Part shown: piece by piece, positions 62,501 to 64,000 of the stretch
Layout of the letters: every line of letters starts with the position of its first letter
How positions within the stretch are numbered: position 1 is the stretch's first letter
Position numbers and translations under genes: made by a program
Notes under the pieces: model-generated
Database searches by the model: none
Seen by the model: only the letters and a program-made list of their open reading frames with translations
What the model was told of the DNA's origin: nothing
Assembly (NCBI GenBank): GCA_020536535.1
Contig: JAHLWZ010000450.1
Coordinates: 2,991 to 66,990 of the forward strand
Source of the DNA: Pelomyxa schiedti
Taxonomy: Eukaryota; Protista; Evosea
Reading direction: 5' to 3'
DNA: 64,000 nucleotides

Positions 62501-64000
62501 ACACCACCCTTTCAGGCCATGTCCAGCAATCCGAGGAAAAAGTGCTTGTTTTAGAGCAAACTATTTCCCAAAAGGGGTTGAGCATCACCAACCTAGAACA
62601 GGAGCTCTTACAATGCAAAGAAGTTATTGGAAAACAGCAGTTGGAACTTGAAAAATATTCAGCAGAAGTAGAACGATACAAGTTGCATGTTGAAGAACTC
62701 CAGAATGAGATACTGAGCAAGACACAGATTTCAGAGCAACGTGCAGTTGAGATGGAGCAAACCAAAGCAGACTACCACAGTCTGCAAGACCGTTTTTCAC
62801 ATGCTGAACTAGAAACGAAGACTCTACAGGAAAACCTGGTCAAGTCAAAAGAGCACATTAGACAGCAGCAAGAAGATCTTGACAAATGTGCCAAGGCTTA
62901 TGAAGCGCAAAAAGAGGAAATCAATGTGCACATCCAAGAACTGTCCAAGAGTGAGCACCAGAACCAGGAATACACTAAGGAAATTGCTCTTAAAGTTCAG
63001 GAAAATCAAAAGTTACAGCTTTACCTTGACAGTGCAATAAAAACCAACTCCGATATGAAATCTGTCACTGAGCAATTAACGTCACAAGTAGCCAGGCTTG
63101 AAGCGGAGTTGGCAAATATGACTCAAATGCACATTAATACAGAAGCAGCGCACCTGGAGCAAGAGGGAAAAGCCAATGAAGAGATTAGCAGCCTGAAGCA
63201 AGCACAAGCAAGTCTTGAAGAGGTTCTGAGAAATCAACAAGAATCTCAGAAGAACCTCGAAATTAGCCTTGCACAGATGAAAGAGTGCAATGGTATTCAA
63301 GCTAATGAACTGGATGAATGCAAGCAACAAAGTGAAGCCATCAAAGAGAAAAATAGCCAGCTTGAAGATAAAATTAAAAAAAAGAAGTGCAAAATTGAGG
63401 CACTGAAGAATGATTCCGTGCAACAAATACTTAAAATTAAAGCACTGGAAGGAGAAATTGCCGGCAATCAAGAGCACATCCAAAACCTCAACCGTGAAGT
63501 GGAAGATGCAGCAAAAAATAATTGCTCCCTCACTGCCGATAGCACTGTACTGCATAAACAAATCGAGGGACTCAATGGGGAACTCACTCAAAGCAACCAC
63601 CAGCTAAAAGAATTGGATTTTGCACTGAAGCAGCAAACACAATGTTGCAAAGATCTGGAAAGCAAAGTAACAACACTCCACAGTGACATCACAGCTGCTC
63701 AGTCCGATCTGTCTGCATTAAGGGAGGAAAACTTGACCCTGAACACAGAAATCGACCTTCAAAAGCACAAGGTTGCAGCTCTCGAAACAGAGCTCAGCAC
63801 ACACAAGCAACAGAGTGAGAATGAAATCTCGAAGTACCAGATGAAGTGTACTTCACTTGAAACTGAGTTGCAAGCATCTCAAGAGCGAAGCCAGGTGCTA
63901 GATGTTGAATTGAACAAGAGCAACCTGAGAGCTCAGGATTTTGAATCCAAGTGGAAACTGTCTGAAGATAACGTTTCACAGCTTCAGCAGAGGGTATCAG
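59566..64000 (+). CDS. Internal fragment of the giant coiled-coil gene (15-aa repeats then heptad coil; intron 61363-61446), open at both ends
   Basis: 59566-59686 is identical to 10493-10613 and 63880-64000 is identical to 3621-3741, both in frame. No stop seen from 61447 to the window end. Confidence 0.88.

Overview
Gene-dense, intron-rich eukaryotic DNA with many short (~40-90 nt) GT-AG introns and two 100-N scaffold gaps. It is most likely from an amoebozoan, probably an archamoeba; this is inferred from an Entamoeba-TMK-type receptor kinase. About 16 host genes are recognisable: a Zn-rich PARP-type ADP-ribosyltransferase, an ASCH protein, a giant NT-C2/coiled-coil/DIL protein, a cathepsin-L-like protease, two small ankyrin proteins, an FHA-CUE-CUE protein with an unassigned possibly ART-fold C-terminal domain, a ~25-TIG-domain receptor kinase, an ankyrin/F-box protein, an atypical Rab-like GTPase, SGT1, a GH29 fucosidase, an SPR-rich HAT protein, a PHO80-type cyclin, an RNF14-like RBR ligase and an SLC43-like MFS transporter. 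These are followed by a transposon cluster: an internally deleted Ty3/Gypsy LTR element carrying a 122-bp inverted repeat behind its PBS, and a decayed, strongly CpG-depleted DDE transposase with Transib/RAG1-like motifs. The last 4.4 kb after the second gap match the giant coiled-coil gene by exactly 121 bp at each end. This suggests a misplaced spacer of a collapsed ~7-kb internal duplication, so the true protein may exceed 6,000 aa. All exon boundaries were read by eye and are approximate.
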